From the human T2T-CHM13v2.0 reference genome, Homo sapiens: a DNA stretch of 64,000 nucleotides. The translations under genes were made by a program, and so were the position numbers. A model generated the notes under the pieces. It made no database searches and was not told where the DNA came from. It saw only the letters and a list, made by a program, of their open reading frames with translations. Below are positions 50,475 to 64,000 of the stretch, one piece after another (positions within the stretch are counted from its first letter, which is position 1; each line of letters starts with the position of its first letter). The DNA is taken from NCBI RefSeq assembly GCF_009914755.1, contig NC_060926.1. One strand, written 5' to 3'.

Positions 50475-50588
50475 AGCCAGGCATGTGCCTGTAATCCCAG
50501 TTACTGAGCAGGGAGGATCGCTTGAGCCCAGGAGTTCAAGACCAGCCTGGGCAACATAGCAAGACCCTGTCACCAAAAATTTAAAAAG
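50475..50588 (+). mobile_element. FLAM/FAM monomer
   Basis: GGAGGATCGCTTGAGCCCAGGAGTTCAAGACCAGCC. Confidence 0.75.
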
Positions 50589-51004
50589 CAAGGGGGACCC
50601 TCTCTTCTTCTCCACAATTCCCCTGGGCAATCAATCCTTCCTATTCCTGGTTTCCAGGCCACAATTCTAGTTTTGTGATGTCTGCTGACGAAGAAATCAC
50701 TGCTCTGGGTTTAAAGAGCCCATCTCCCCCCAGCACATGCTCAAACACCATAGGAAGCTCCCCAAGAGCCTGTCTGTTCCCATGCTCAGACGCCATGCTG
50801 GAGTTCTTATGGATCACACCCAGTGTGTATTGTTACCAGATTCGACCCCTTCTATGTGCACCCTTCAGATCCATAAATACATGTATTCATTCAGTTATTT
50901 ACTGAGCAGGCACTATAGACCAGGCGTGCTCTCTGCCATCCCACCAACAAATTAATAAGCCAAACCCCAGTTATTCTCCCATTGCACAGCCTCCATCCTT
51001 TCAC

Positions 51005-51072
51005 CGTATCACACTCGTCTTTCAGGCTACGATCCACGCGCCCATTCCTTCTCACAACCCGCTCCAGGATCC
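51005..51072 (-). CDS. DNMT3A: DNMT3A2-specific 68-nt exon (GILERVVRRNGRVDRSLKDECDT) of the 723-aa isoform
   Basis: ttgtag|GGATCC ... GATACG|gtgaaa. With ATGG from the upstream exon it gives 24 codons in frame with exon 7, matching the recalled human DNMT3A2 N-terminus MGILERVV. Confidence 0.92.
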
Positions 51073-53257
51073 CTACAAAGGAGAATGAAATCCTTGATAC
51101 TTAGCTCTGAGAACCATTAGCCTTTTACTGAATCTAGGAAACACGGCCCTCTGACTTCAAGGCTTTGCACCCATTTCCACCATACCAGATTTAGAGGGGA
51201 GAAAACCCCATTTTCTACATGCCTTTCAAAAGAGCTCCCCCATGGGCCTAGAGCTGCGAATGTAAACCCATCCTCAAGGGTAAAGAGGATGAGCAAGCAA
51301 CCTGGAGTATGAAGAAGAGCTCTAATCTGAAGTTGCAGCCTCTACATTCCTGTCGGAGCCTCACAACCAGCAGCTGACTTTGGAGCAGTCCTTTCTAGGA
51401 GTTGCTCCAACATAAAAAGGCACCTGAACGGAAGGATTTCTGGAAAGCTTTTCTGACCTGTTTAAAAATCTGGTGTATATATGGACCAATGATTCCCAGG
51501 ACTCTCCCAAAGCCTGTCAATGGACCCCCCAGATCCAAGGGTCCCAGGTTAAGAACCTTTGTTTGAAGCTCAGTGGTCCAATGTATTGTCTTACAGATTC
51601 ATTTAATTTCACTGAGTCTTCAAGTCTTTGCCTCCAAGCCACAGACCAATCTGTTTCTTATGGCGATTCCGAAAAACACTGAAGATGTTAAGTCCTAGTT
51701 CTTCCTCTGACTCAACAAATTCTAAAACAGGATAATGCATCCTTTGCCCCCAACCCCCAAACAGCTGGGAAAATGAGCTCATGGATGGCGGAATGAGCTC
51801 ACGGATCGGACTGCGGGGGTGGAAGAATGTGGAGTAATTGCTCATCGCTCCCTAGCCCCACTCTCACCTGGCCAGAACTCTGCCCTCCCCTTCCTACTAT
51901 CAATTAGCCATCGCCTCCTCCCCTACGAGAAGGTGCACTGAAGTGTGGACCCCGCTATGGGGGAGGGTGCCTCCCTTGCTGGGATCCTCAGCTGCGTCAG
52001 CTACCCTCGCAGAGGAGCCCACACCTCGCCGCTGCTCCTCGCCCACCACGCCTTCTCAAGCTTCAGGCATGGGTGGCTGACCTAGGGTGATGCCTCGGAT
52101 GATCCAAAGACCCCGTTTCCAGGCGTGGCGAGGCCCCTGAGCCAGTACGAGGTGTGCAGGTAGCAGTGGGCGGGAAGGGGAAAGGACCCGCTATCAGTTC
52201 CTGGCAGCGGCAGCAGCAGGTGGGCTGGGCTCCTCCTCTGGCTCCCCAGGTCTAGGAGTCGTGCCTGACACCACCCTCAGCACTCCCCCACGGCCCCTTT
52301 GTCTCTCAGCCCCTTCACAGCGAGTTCCTGAACATTCTTCTTCCCCCACAACTTCCCCCAGCTTGTCAGATGCCGCGCTGCGAGCTGTTCAGCATCCCCA
52401 GCCCACTTGGTGCAGAACACGCACCCGGCCCGGTAAGGGCTGGCGGAGGAGGAAGGGGCCTCCATCAGGACTGGGGCAGTGGGGTGGGGGAAGGAAGAAG
52501 CGGGGGGGGGTGGGTGAGCAGCAGGGGGCCTGACGAAAGGGGAAGGGGCAGCCGGAGCTGGGTGGGGGAGGGGCCTCACTAGACTAGGCCTGTCTGGGGC
52601 GTAGGGAAAGCACCCCTTTCCCTCTGCACTCCTGCCTTCCTCCCCAGGCAAACAATAAGAGAAACAGGGGTGAACTCGAGGCTCTCGCATTTGGGCTGCG
52701 GGCTGCTCACCCCCAGGGGGGCGGAGAAACCAGGCGGCATTCAAGAGACACCACACCATTCCCCACTCCCTGCTGGCTCACGGAAGCCCCTGGGCCTGGA
52801 GTCCGTCCAGCCTGGGAAAGCCACCGGGAACTCCGGTGACTACTGCCTCCGGTCCAGTCCCATCTCCTCAGGCAGTTGTCCCGCCTCCACCTCCCCCTGC
52901 GACTGCAGCGCTTCCCATTCCAAAGGTCAGAGGTCTGAGCGCCACCGCCCCCAAGCCCATGCGGCCTTGGGCTACCCTGGTGTCACAGGCCGGCCCCCTG
53001 TCAGGGTCGCACCGTGCTCTCCCGCCCCCCACCACTTCTTTCTGGCGGCCTGCCTGGAGGCTTCCAGGAACTCGCAGGAGAGGAAGCTGTCCCTCTTAAG
53101 AGGCCGCAAGCTGGCAGGGCCCTGAGGACCGCGTGGTCCCCCAGCCAGAAACGCAGGTCACCAGGGAAGTGCCAGGCACCCATCTGCCAGCTCAGCTGAA
53201 GCTGCCTCCAACCCAACTCCTGGGCCACCAGCTCCGCGTGCCCCAGCCTGCAGTTAC

Positions 53258-53440
53258 CACTGCCCGGGCTCCCGGCCGGCTGCTCTTCCTGTCCCCCGAG
53301 GGCGCCAGGTGCCACTGGAGCCCTCGAGGAGTGGGGCCTTGGGGCTCGTGGGCAGGAAGGCGGCGGGCCAGCACTAAGTCAGCATCTCCAGAACTCGGGC
53401 CAGGCCGGGACGCCGCGGCTGCTGCGGGCCGGGGAGGCAT
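53258..53440 (-). CDS. DNMT3A: Alternative first coding exon, 61 aa (MPPRPAAAAASR...PGARAV), giving a 760-aa isoform
   Basis: aagtATG (A at -3), exactly 183 nt to GTG|gtaact donor, phase 0 like exon 7; 61+699=760 agrees with a recalled RefSeq isoform length. Confidence 0.75.
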
Positions 53441-53539
53441 ACTTCACTCTTTTCAAACCCGGAGGGCTGCGGAGATCCTCCCACCGGCCCTGCCGCCTCC
53501 CCGCCCCCGGTCTCCCCGGGGCTCCGTCCAGGAACCTAC

Positions 53540-53660
53540 CCATAAGGCCAGGTGCAGCCCCTCTGCAGTCGCGCTCAGGTGTGAGCCGCGGCCCTGAAGC
53601 TCTGGAAGTAGCTGCCCGTCTTGGGGGAGGGGAAGGGGGCGATGGGGCTGGGGGCGGAGG
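53540..53660 (-). other. DNMT3A: DNMT3A2 first exon; ATG at 53541-53543, 5' end approximate
   Basis: ...CCTTATGG|gtaggt donor inside the CpG island; the TSS cannot be fixed from sequence. Confidence 0.8.
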
Positions 53661-55137
53661 GGGCCACTGGGAGGGGAGGGGGGCGGCGGGGGGGAGGGAG
53701 GGAACATTTTCTTTGTCTAGGACTCCAGGTCACGTGGGCCCCGCTGGAGGGCCTGGTTGGCTGCGAGCGGCCCGGGGAGGGGGCCGGCGCTCCGACGCTG
53801 GCGCTGGGCCAGCCCCTCTTCTCCGGTCCGAGGGGCGCGGGGCCGGGGGGCGAGGCCGTTCCCCGCCCGTTCCCAGGGCCCGCCCAGGCCGGGCTGCAGG
53901 GAGCGCCCCGCCTTCGGGAAGACCGCCTGGCCCCTCCCCCAGCTCTGGAAGAGATTAGCGCGGGGCCGGGGGGCCGGGAGGGGAGGGAAGGGGCTGCTCC
54001 CGAGCCGCCTGCCCGGAGGGAGCCGGGGGTCCGGGCGAAAGCAAGCCGGAGCTTTCGGACGGCCTGGGAGAGCCGGGAGAAAGTTGTGAAAAGTGAGTTT
54101 CTCTGAAGCACAACCAAAAAAAAAAAAAGAAAAAGCTTACAGATAGGAGGCCCAGGAAGCTGTAGGAAAACTCAGCACACAGACGGAGAGTGACAGCAGG
54201 CGCGCGCAGGCATTGGGAGCGCTCCAGATCGGGGATTGTTTGGGGGGTCTCCCGCCTCCACACTACAGGTGAATAGAGAAGCGGGGGGGCCTCAAAAAGC
54301 GCGGCGTGAGGAGGTCAGGCTTCGAGTCCCAGGGCCCCTGCGTCACTCTGGGCCTTCCCTGGATTTCTCATTTTCCTGTTTGCAAGGTTGGTCGCGGCGA
54401 GGGCGCTCCTTCAGAAAGTTCAGCAATTCCTTCATTCCCAGGCTCAAACATCTGCAGATCGAGAAGACCTGACTCCTCTCCTGGGGCCTCCAGGTGCGGC
54501 CTCCAGGTGCAGCCTCCGCCATTTCAAGCTTCCTCCTCCTGAACAAAGGCACCTACCCCCAAGGCAGACGCAGTCCCCACCCACAGCCCTCCATTACGTT
54601 GGCTGTAGGATCAGATAAAGAAATAGACCCTGTTGGCTCTGCCCTCGAGGGGTTGAAGATTCCACTAGACTTGGAGAAATATGAAAGGATCACTGTAAAA
54701 CAAACATATGTAAAGGTAACTATGCCACAAATACCAAGTAGAAAAAAATGGGCGGCATGGATGACAAAAGAGGTCAGAGGTCAGTTCCAGGTGAGCCGAC
54801 TGGGCCTGGAGGCTGGATCGGACTTGGAATGAGGTGAGATGGGTAGGATGAGCAAGAGCTGCCGGGCTGGGGAGGGAGGAGACCCTCGCCCACCTCCACC
54901 CTCCCAGTACACGACAGGGCAAGGTAATGGCAAGCCTTCAGGTGCGTCCTTGGGTATATTCTGTAGCAGGGAAGAATAACCGCAGGTTTTCTGACAAGAT
55001 GAATGAGTATTTTGGAAAAATCAGCCTAGTTGCCGTTGGCAAGATGAATTAGAAGGAAGAACTGAGGAAATGGAGGAAAATGCACCCCACAGCAGAGGGC
55101 TATTTGGGCAGCGGCACTTGTTAGAAGATCTGGACTT

Positions 55138-55471
<334 letters not shown>

Positions 55472-57802
55472 TTAAACAAGTCACTTAACCCCCAAGAAAT
55501 CTGTTGTCTCATCTGCAAAACGAGTGATGACATCAGCCCTCTTTGGCCATGGAACGCCACCATCTCCTAATGACAATGAGACAATTCACTAGGTGCCTGG
55601 CTCCCAGCCACAGTCACCTGGGACATACAGGTGCTGGTATAATGAAGTCACGAGATGTGCAGTGAGGGAGCCCCCCCTCCCCCTGAGGGCCATCAGAGCA
55701 AGCAAACCCTGAAGAGCAAGGACCCCAAACCAGAGAGCCTTCTACCTAGAAGACTTGGGTACAGACTCCCCCCCAACCCTGAGACCCAGAATCCATACAG
55801 CTAGGAAAAGAAGCTATTCGAAAAACAAGCAAACAAACAAAAACACAGGCCCTCTTCTGTTCCAACCCATCTTTCAACCCAACTAAGGTATTTGCCTGGT
55901 ACACATTTCCAGGGGCTCCCCAAGCAGAAGTGAGAAGCCCAGAATTTGTCCCTCTTGCCTGCTCCCAACCTTTAGGGAATGCAGCATGACTTGCTTCGCT
56001 GCTTCTCTCACTGATACCTCTTCTGCATCCATGCCGGTCAACGGGCCTGAGAACTTACTTCAGGCCTCCTCTCAAAAGAAGTTTCTGGTTCTGGCTTGGT
56101 GGCCTTTTGCAGACACTGTCTCATGTACGATACCCGCTCTTCCATTATAATGCGGCTAAACACCTTAGACTCCACATTCTGTGGTCTTGGGACATAAGAC
56201 TGCAATGATGCCGTGCGTGCAGCAAGGACTCAAGGTGTCAGAACTGGCCAGAACTGTTCACTTTCTCTTGGCCACATATTAGGTAGCTGTTCCCTCCGGC
56301 CGTCAAACTTCCTTATTCTCATCCTTTAACATTAAAGTCAAATCCTACCTCTTCCACACAACTTCCCAACAAGCAAAAGGAAGCCTAGGCTCAAAGGTGT
56401 CCCCTTAACAACCCAGAGCATCTTTCTTCCCTCTCCTGTAACTATGCAGACAGGAAACACTGCCTTTTCTAGACTGAGTCGCTTAAACAGAGATGTGTCT
56501 TCTTTGTGGTCAATGCACAGTCAGACCCCAAAGCAGAAGAGACCCCAAGATCTAGAGCAGGGGTGATTTTAGTAAAAGGAAAAATCCCCTTACTAAAATG
56601 GGGCAATCTTCAAGGATCCTCAGGTCACACATGCTCTTGAGCTTCCAAAGTAAACCTCCCTGGTAGTTTACCAGATAGGTCTTTTGTTTGAGTTAAAGAT
56701 AGCCAAACTCAAATAGCAGCACCATGTAAAATAAGCCATGTTCTTGGATTTGTTATAAAAGTATGTTGAAAGGAGGAACTCCTGGATGAGAAGAAAATAT
56801 GCTGGATGTCAAGAGCCTAAAAGAGGTGCTGGAAAGGAAGTATCCAGTGTGGTCCAATGGAGAGAGTGACCTGAGAATGAGAGCACAGTTCCTGTTTGGT
56901 GGGCAGACAACAGTGATCCCATAGGCCTCTTAAGCCCGACAAAAATACCTCTGAAGGACACCTCTCTGCCCTGATCCTGTATTCATCAAGCAAACTTCCA
57001 ATTTTAATTACATTTTCCAATGACTCTGATACCAGTAAGTTGCCAGAAAACAGCAGGACAAGCATTATGATTTGTGTGGCAAGGACATGTCCTGTTATCA
57101 ATTGGTAAATCTAACATTCTGGGGTGCATCATTCTCCTGGGTCATTGAAGAGTCATGATCATAAGTATGTTAATGTGACTTTCCAGCCTCAAAGAATTGA
57201 GACGAGACACTAGCCCATCATGATACCTCTCCAAAGAGCAGCAACGCCCGGAGCTCATGCCTGACGTTTTACTCAAAGTTCAGTGCTCTGTGGCATGCTC
57301 TGTCATAAAATCCAGTTCCGGCAGGATGAGGGTAGATGATGTTGCTGTCATCCCACCAGGACATTTACCATGCGAGTCTCTCTACTCTGAATCAGAGAAG
57401 CCATGGTCCCTATAAAGCCATCTGCAAAGCAACACATATGAAGTCACTGCACACGTATTTCCACCCCACACGTATTCCCACCAACCCCAAGACCAGGGAG
57501 ACCTGATCCAGACAAAAAGAGAGGTCAGGATGGATGTCTGTTCTGAACCCGTCCTCCTCCCACCTACAGCTCAAAAGCCTCAATGCCAATCAGTCAACAC
57601 TCTGCGTGACATTCTAGGCCCCCACGAATCTGGAGGCCTCCGTGTGATATCATGAAGCCCACGCTTTGCCCGCCCACTTGCTATTCCTCATGCTGTTCCT
57701 TCTTCCTGGAAGGTTCCTCCCCTTCAACTTTCACCACCTAAACCCTGCATATCCTTCTACACCAGTCCGCCAGTGACCTCCACCATGAAAGTTCCTCTAG
57801 CC

Positions 57803-57995
57803 TTGCACTGTCCAGGATGGCAGTTACTGGCTGCATGTGTCTATTTGAATTAAATACAAATTAAAATTTAGTTCCTCAGTCACACTGGCTACATTCCAAG
57901 TGTCCAAGAGCCACATGTGGCTGGGGGCTACTGAATTCGATGGCACTGATTTTAAAACATTGCCATCATCCCAGAAAGTTCTTTTGACAGTGCTG
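57803..57995 (-). mobile_element. MER3-like hAT-Charlie MITE
   Basis: AGCCACATGTGGCT core, TTCCTCAGTCACACT, terminal GACAGTGCTG. Confidence 0.75.
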
Positions 57996-58009
57996 CCCTG
58001 GCCCCTCAC

Positions 58010-58079
58010 CCTTATCCTCCCCTTCTGTCCCTTATCTTTCCCTTCTGTCCCTTATCTTTCCCTTCTGTCCCTTATCTTC
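58010..58079. repeat. 20-bp minisatellite, ~3.5 copies
   Basis: Unit CCTTATCTTTCCCTTCTGTC. Confidence 0.95.
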
Positions 58080-59039
58080 TACCCCATCCCTGCCACACTC
58101 CCCTTGTACTTTGTAAGCCTCTGTTAGGACCTGCCAGTCTTTGCCTTGTGCGAAGGTGATTGTGTACTCATCTTTCTCCTTTACAAGATTAAATATTCCT
58201 AGAGGGCAGGGACTGGACCTCATTCACCTTCGTATGGAAGCAGTGTGGGCTAGAGCATCTTGCCCATAGTAGAGGATTAAAAATGAACTGAATGCAGTGT
58301 TGTCTCAGGAACCTTATCCCAAATCCACTGCCCAAGTTCCAAGTTGGGGAATGGATCCATTTCATAGCAGGAATTCTAATCGTTGCTACGAGGTCCCAGT
58401 CTACCAAAAGAGGCTGGGAATCTTTGTTTTCCTATTCCCTTGCAATCCATATGGAGGTTGCAAGCAAATGACCAGGACTGGGCTGCTGGCAGTGAAGCTA
58501 AAAATAGCCATGAAGCCAACAGCGTGGAGTTAGCAGGACTTGTTGCTAAGGAGACCAGTCGCAGAGAGAGCAACTAAGCAGGGGGAAGGTGTCAGATGTG
58601 CACCCGGAGAGCAGAGGGGTCCAAAGGCTCGCACCTAGCGGTGTTCTGCCTTCTGGCAGCTCCTGGCTGATGCTCTAAGTGGGGCAGACATTCCCCCTGT
58701 CCCTCAGTAACCCATCTCCATGGAAACCACCAGGACTGGGGTGAAGTACCAGCCCCTGGAAGGGAGGCCTCTGCTTGGAGCTTGTTGTTATGGCAACATC
58801 CCCCCTTCCTGTCATTCTCTCTCTCCTGGCTTCTCTGGAGGGAGAGAAGTGGGGGTCTGGTCTTGGCTTAGCCGGCATGACCAGGAAACACCCGCTTCCT
58901 GACAAGACTAGGCTGTAAGGGGCTCTCCAGAAGCTCCTGGAAGCCCGGAGAGGCCAGTCAATCCTTAGCACAGGCAGAACTTCCTTTCTTTTCACGAGGG
59001 CCTTGCTAATCACCTCGCCAGGAGAACCCCAGATTCACT

Positions 59040-59195
59040 TTGGTTTAATTGCATCTGGATCACCCAAGGAGGGCTTTAAAAATACAGATTCTTGGGGTCT
59101 ACCTACGTAGATCAGCGGGCTTAAGGTGGGGCCCAGGAATCTATTAAAACCTCCCTGGGTAATTCTAATACTAGCCAGGTGTGGAAACACGGAGA
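59040..59195. mobile_element. MER5-family fragment
   Basis: GGTGGGGCCCAGGAATCT ... CCCTGGGTAATTCTAAT. Confidence 0.6.
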
Positions 59196-61599
59196 CCCTG
59201 GCTGTGTCTGTTACAAATGAGAACACTGAGGCCTAGAGAGGCCCGAGCCCACCTGAAAGGTCAGAGCAATTCACTGGAGAGAAGTGGTCTGGAGAGAGGA
59301 GGGGAAGCAGAAGGAGATGGAGGTCAGCTCCCTCGGGGCATGCGTCCCAGGTGAGCCCTCCTCTGGGCCTTTCCCACCTGCTCCCTGATCAAGCACAACC
59401 TGTTGCTGTCTGATGCTGGACTGTGATTTCAAACCAAAGCCTCTGACAAGCTGCCCCCTGTGGTAGAATGTGGAAGGTAGGGGGCTAGGAATCTGGTTCT
59501 CAGAGTAGCCCAGGCAGATGATTTGGGCTAAAAGAGAAATCCATCCTCCTGAAGAAAAGCAAAAGGGTCACCATGGCAACTGCAGTGTGCTGCCTGGTTG
59601 GGCTCTATGCCATCACCCCAAACCTGGGCCCTGCCCCAGAACCTCCTCCCTGAGTCTGGGGAGAGGAGCGGCATTTGGGCAAATGCTGTCGGGCAGGGGC
59701 ACCCCCCTAACCCCTGCACTGAGCAGTCTGGTTTTAGAACCTGTAAGCGAATTGTGCTTTATCCTGGGAGCCTGCCTGAAGCTCACCTAAACACCGGATC
59801 AGGTCAGTCAGTCCTTAGCACCTGCAGTAGGTAGGCTGGGGGGAAGGGAAGCAAAGAGGTGCAAGAGCTAGTAGACATGATGGGGCTCTAGGCCTCTGTT
59901 ACTCACAGCCTAATTGTGTACCCAAGACCCACCACACATGAAACCACAGCCCTCATTCAAGACAGCATGCAATTAGATGGTAAATTATGTGGTAGGGATG
60001 CTTTCTACATGTGCCGAAGGAACTCAGAGGCAGCTGGGATCAGTCAAGGCAGGAAGGCTCAAGGGAAGATGAAAGAGCGGAAACTAGGAATGGGCACAAC
60101 CTCCCAGGTTTTTCAGACAGGAATGGCCAGATCTAGGGGGCATCTGTAACTGCATGAGCTTCCTGGCAGATGAATGGCAGGAATGAAAAGCACAAGCACA
60201 GCCTTAGGGTATCTGTTAGGGAGGGGGAGTGGTAAGGGGCTTTTTGCACTGACACTCTAGATGAATTCTTCTAAATCAAGGAGGAAGATGCAGGATGGGG
60301 GAGCCCAACTGCTGGAAAGGAAAGCCCAACTTCCCTCTTGCTGATACCCTCACCTCCCCTTCTCTCCCCACCTCTATCCCAGAGCCCCTGGCTCCCTCGT
60401 TCTCTCCCAGCCAACCCTACACTTCCCTAATGGTGTATGCTGGGAAGTCCCAGCCCAATAGATGCGCCATCAGGCTCTGGAGCTTTGGTGGCTGCCTTCC
60501 CTTTCCCTATAGCCTGCCCCATAAGGGGAAGGCTTCTCCACAAACCCAGCTCTTCCTTCCTGCTCACTTCCACCCGCTATCCTGGAACTGCTGGGTCTGC
60601 CCAGCTCTACCAGTGACGGAGTCTGGGGCCAGGGAGCAGAGATGCCAGGGCAGGGGTGGGAGAGTAGCAGTACCCCACTGATACCGGATCTCAGGTGCCC
60701 CTTACCAGGAAATTCAACTGGGAGGGGATGCCAGGTCTTTCACTGAGCAGGGCGCTGAGCAGGGTGTTTTACAGCTGATGACAAGACCTTAAATAACCCC
60801 TAGCTTCTTTGGGCCTTGGTTTCCTAACTAGCCTAATAGAATCACACGTATCTGCTAAATATTACAGATAAAATCAAAGGAAGCCAGGAGGGACTCACAT
60901 TTGAGAGGTGAGGGACTTCATGACAAGTTTGCTTTAGGGACGTGTCGATGCTGTCACTTTGCTTTAGAAACTGGACCCTGGAGAGAAGTGTTAAGTTTAT
61001 ACTAAGGGGGGTGTGGCCAAAAGGAACCTGGTAAACCTTAACAGCCAGGCCTGTTTTCCCCACCCTTCCCCCACCCCTTCTCCAGGCTCCAGGGGTCAAA
61101 GGGAGGGGCCTAAAGGAGCCGCATTCAGATTCAGGCATGCAGACCCTCTCAAGTTTCAGGGTCCAAAGAGAAGACTCCAGAGGAGCCCAGCAGACAGGCA
61201 CTGCGGTAACTATTGCTGAAAACAGCAGGACCCCTGCCATCTCCATCCGAAAGGAAACATTTAAATTCCTGTACCAAGTCCTTTCCGGTCTTTCCCCCCC
61301 AACCCTGTTTGGAAACTGTTCCCTAGGTCTGCCCGCCTTACAGTCCCTACTTCTTCCTTTGCTTGTTACCACAATCAGACTGGCAACCCAAGCCCTATCA
61401 ATTACCCGGAGAGCTTGGGAAACCACCCTTGCTGGGTACATCACTAGATTCCCAACGTGATTAACCTGGCCCAGGTTTAAACAAAATGTGTAGAGAGACC
61501 CCCGCCGCCAATGCAGGCGATACAATAAATGCATCTACCAATACATCTGTGTGGGAATCTCATCTGTGCCAGATTTGGTTTACCTCTAATCATCTGAAG

Positions 61600-61770
61600 C
61601 TTGGTGGTTTTCAAGCTGTAGTAAGCCCCAGAATCATCTGGGGGCTGGCTAGAAAATCAAACCTACAAGTACTGTCCCAGAGCTTCTGCTCCAGGAGTGT
61701 GCCTTTTTAATGCACTGCCCAGGTGGTTCTGGTGAGGTAACACACAATCTCACCCTTTGAGAAACATTGA
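61600..61770. mobile_element. MER5-family fragment
   Basis: GGTTTTCAA ... CAGAATCATCTGGGG ... CCCAGGTGGTTCTG ... CTTTGAGAAACA. Confidence 0.55.
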
Positions 61771-62038
61771 AGTCTAAGAGCATCTTTGGTATATATAAGC
61801 AAGCTCACTCAATTTTTGTTTTTTTTTGCCCCACAAAGCTGCCTTTCCAACAGCATCTAGCGTCAAATATACAGGAGGCTGAGCTGTTATTCCTGTTTTT
61901 GTTCAATCCATCTGAGTTGCAAGTGAAAATAATATTTATACTGCCCACCATTCATGGACTAAAGAGGAACGGGGAAGAGCTGTCGCATCTGTAGAGTTGC
62001 TACTGAAGAATGGCAAGTCAGAAAAATGGTAACATTCA

Positions 62039-63136
<1,098 letters not shown>

Positions 63137-63249
63137 CTATCCTGGTCCTCTCCTAGCAGGTCTGCTTTCTGTGCTTTCTCTCCCTGCCCTCCTGCCTGTG
63201 CGTCCCCTCCATGAGGACCACCCTGGAATCTGACTAAACCTGTCCCCTG

Positions 63250-63556
63250 GGGTCGGGCGCAGTGGCTCACACCTGTAATCCCAGCACTTTGGGAGGCCAA
63301 GGTGGGCAGATCATGAGATCAGGAGATCAAGACCATCCTGGCCAACATGGTGAAACCCCACCCCGTCTCTACTAAAAATACAAAAATTAGCTGGGCATGG
63401 CAGCACATGCCTGTAACCCCACCTACTCGGGAGGCTGAGGCAGGAGAATCACTTGAACCAGGGAGTCAAGGGTTGCAGTGAGCTGAGATTGTGCCACTGC
63501 ACTCCAGCCTGGCGAGAGAGCAAGACTCCGTCTCAAAAAAAAAAAAAAAAAAAAAC
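63250..63556 (+). mobile_element. AluSc-like
   Basis: TSD AAACCTGTCCCC. Confidence 0.9.
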
Positions 63557-64000
63557 CTGTCCCCATTGACACCAATCTGCTGGCTTCTCAAAAGCAGCTT
63601 ATCCAAACCCTAGCTCAAAAATCCACCCCCTCCTAAGAGAAAATATCTTAAAGACCTTGCGGTAGACAGAGAATTCTTAGAGATAACACACACAAACACT
63701 AACCAATAAAGGAAAAAAATGGGTAAGTTGGACTTTATTAAAAACTTCTGCTCATCAGAATACATAAGAAAATGAAAAGTTCACTGTATCATCCTGCCTC
63801 AAACCTGCTCTTCCTCCAAGATTCTCTACCTCAGATAATGAACCCTATCCCCAGCCCAGCTCCCAATACCAGACAAATTTTTCCCTCCCCTCCAACCAGG
63901 ACCAGTTCTAGCAATTCCTTCAAGTTTGCCTCTCATTACCTCAACCCTCAGTCAAGGCCAAATGTAATGTTCTCCTACCTGGTCCTGCTTCTAAACTTCC

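Larger units (their letters stand above)
51930..54420. promoter_or_regulatory. Intragenic CpG island / DNMT3A2 promoter
   Basis: Dense CpG with core ~52900-54420, GC boxes, E-box GTCACGTG at 53729-53736, G-run cluster at 53623-53702; contains two first exons. Confidence 0.9.

Noticed and set aside
60842-61534. 230-aa minus-strand intronic ORF
   Set aside because: Non-ATG start, no recognisable homology, and no convincing splice-site pair found

Overview
Human (primate) genomic DNA at the DNMT3A locus (2p23.3). The minus strand carries DNMT3A exons 7-23 (49599 to stop at 35626): 2100 nt, 699 aa, all GT-AG, covering the PWWP, ADD and C5-methyltransferase domains, with wild-type R882. Also present are the internal CpG-island promoter with DNMT3A2-type first exons (~51.0-53.7 kb), part of intron 6 (to 64 kb), and a 3' UTR with proximal (~34.32 kb) and distal (~29.22 kb) poly(A) sites. 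Bases 1-29 kb are Alu-dense downstream DNA with two CpG islands, a solo LTR13, MLT1, MER53, MER58A and a piggyBac MER85. I found no new gene or stand-alone system. The best leads are isoform-control elements: a stop-free 141-nt exon-like segment and a duplicated 12-nt microexon-like unit with UG repeats in intron 6, a poison exon whose acceptor lies in a MER3 transposon, a 68-nt exon that toggles a uORF, and a miR-29 site at the proximal cleavage window. Repeat family calls and transcript names are from memory; repeat boundaries are approximate.
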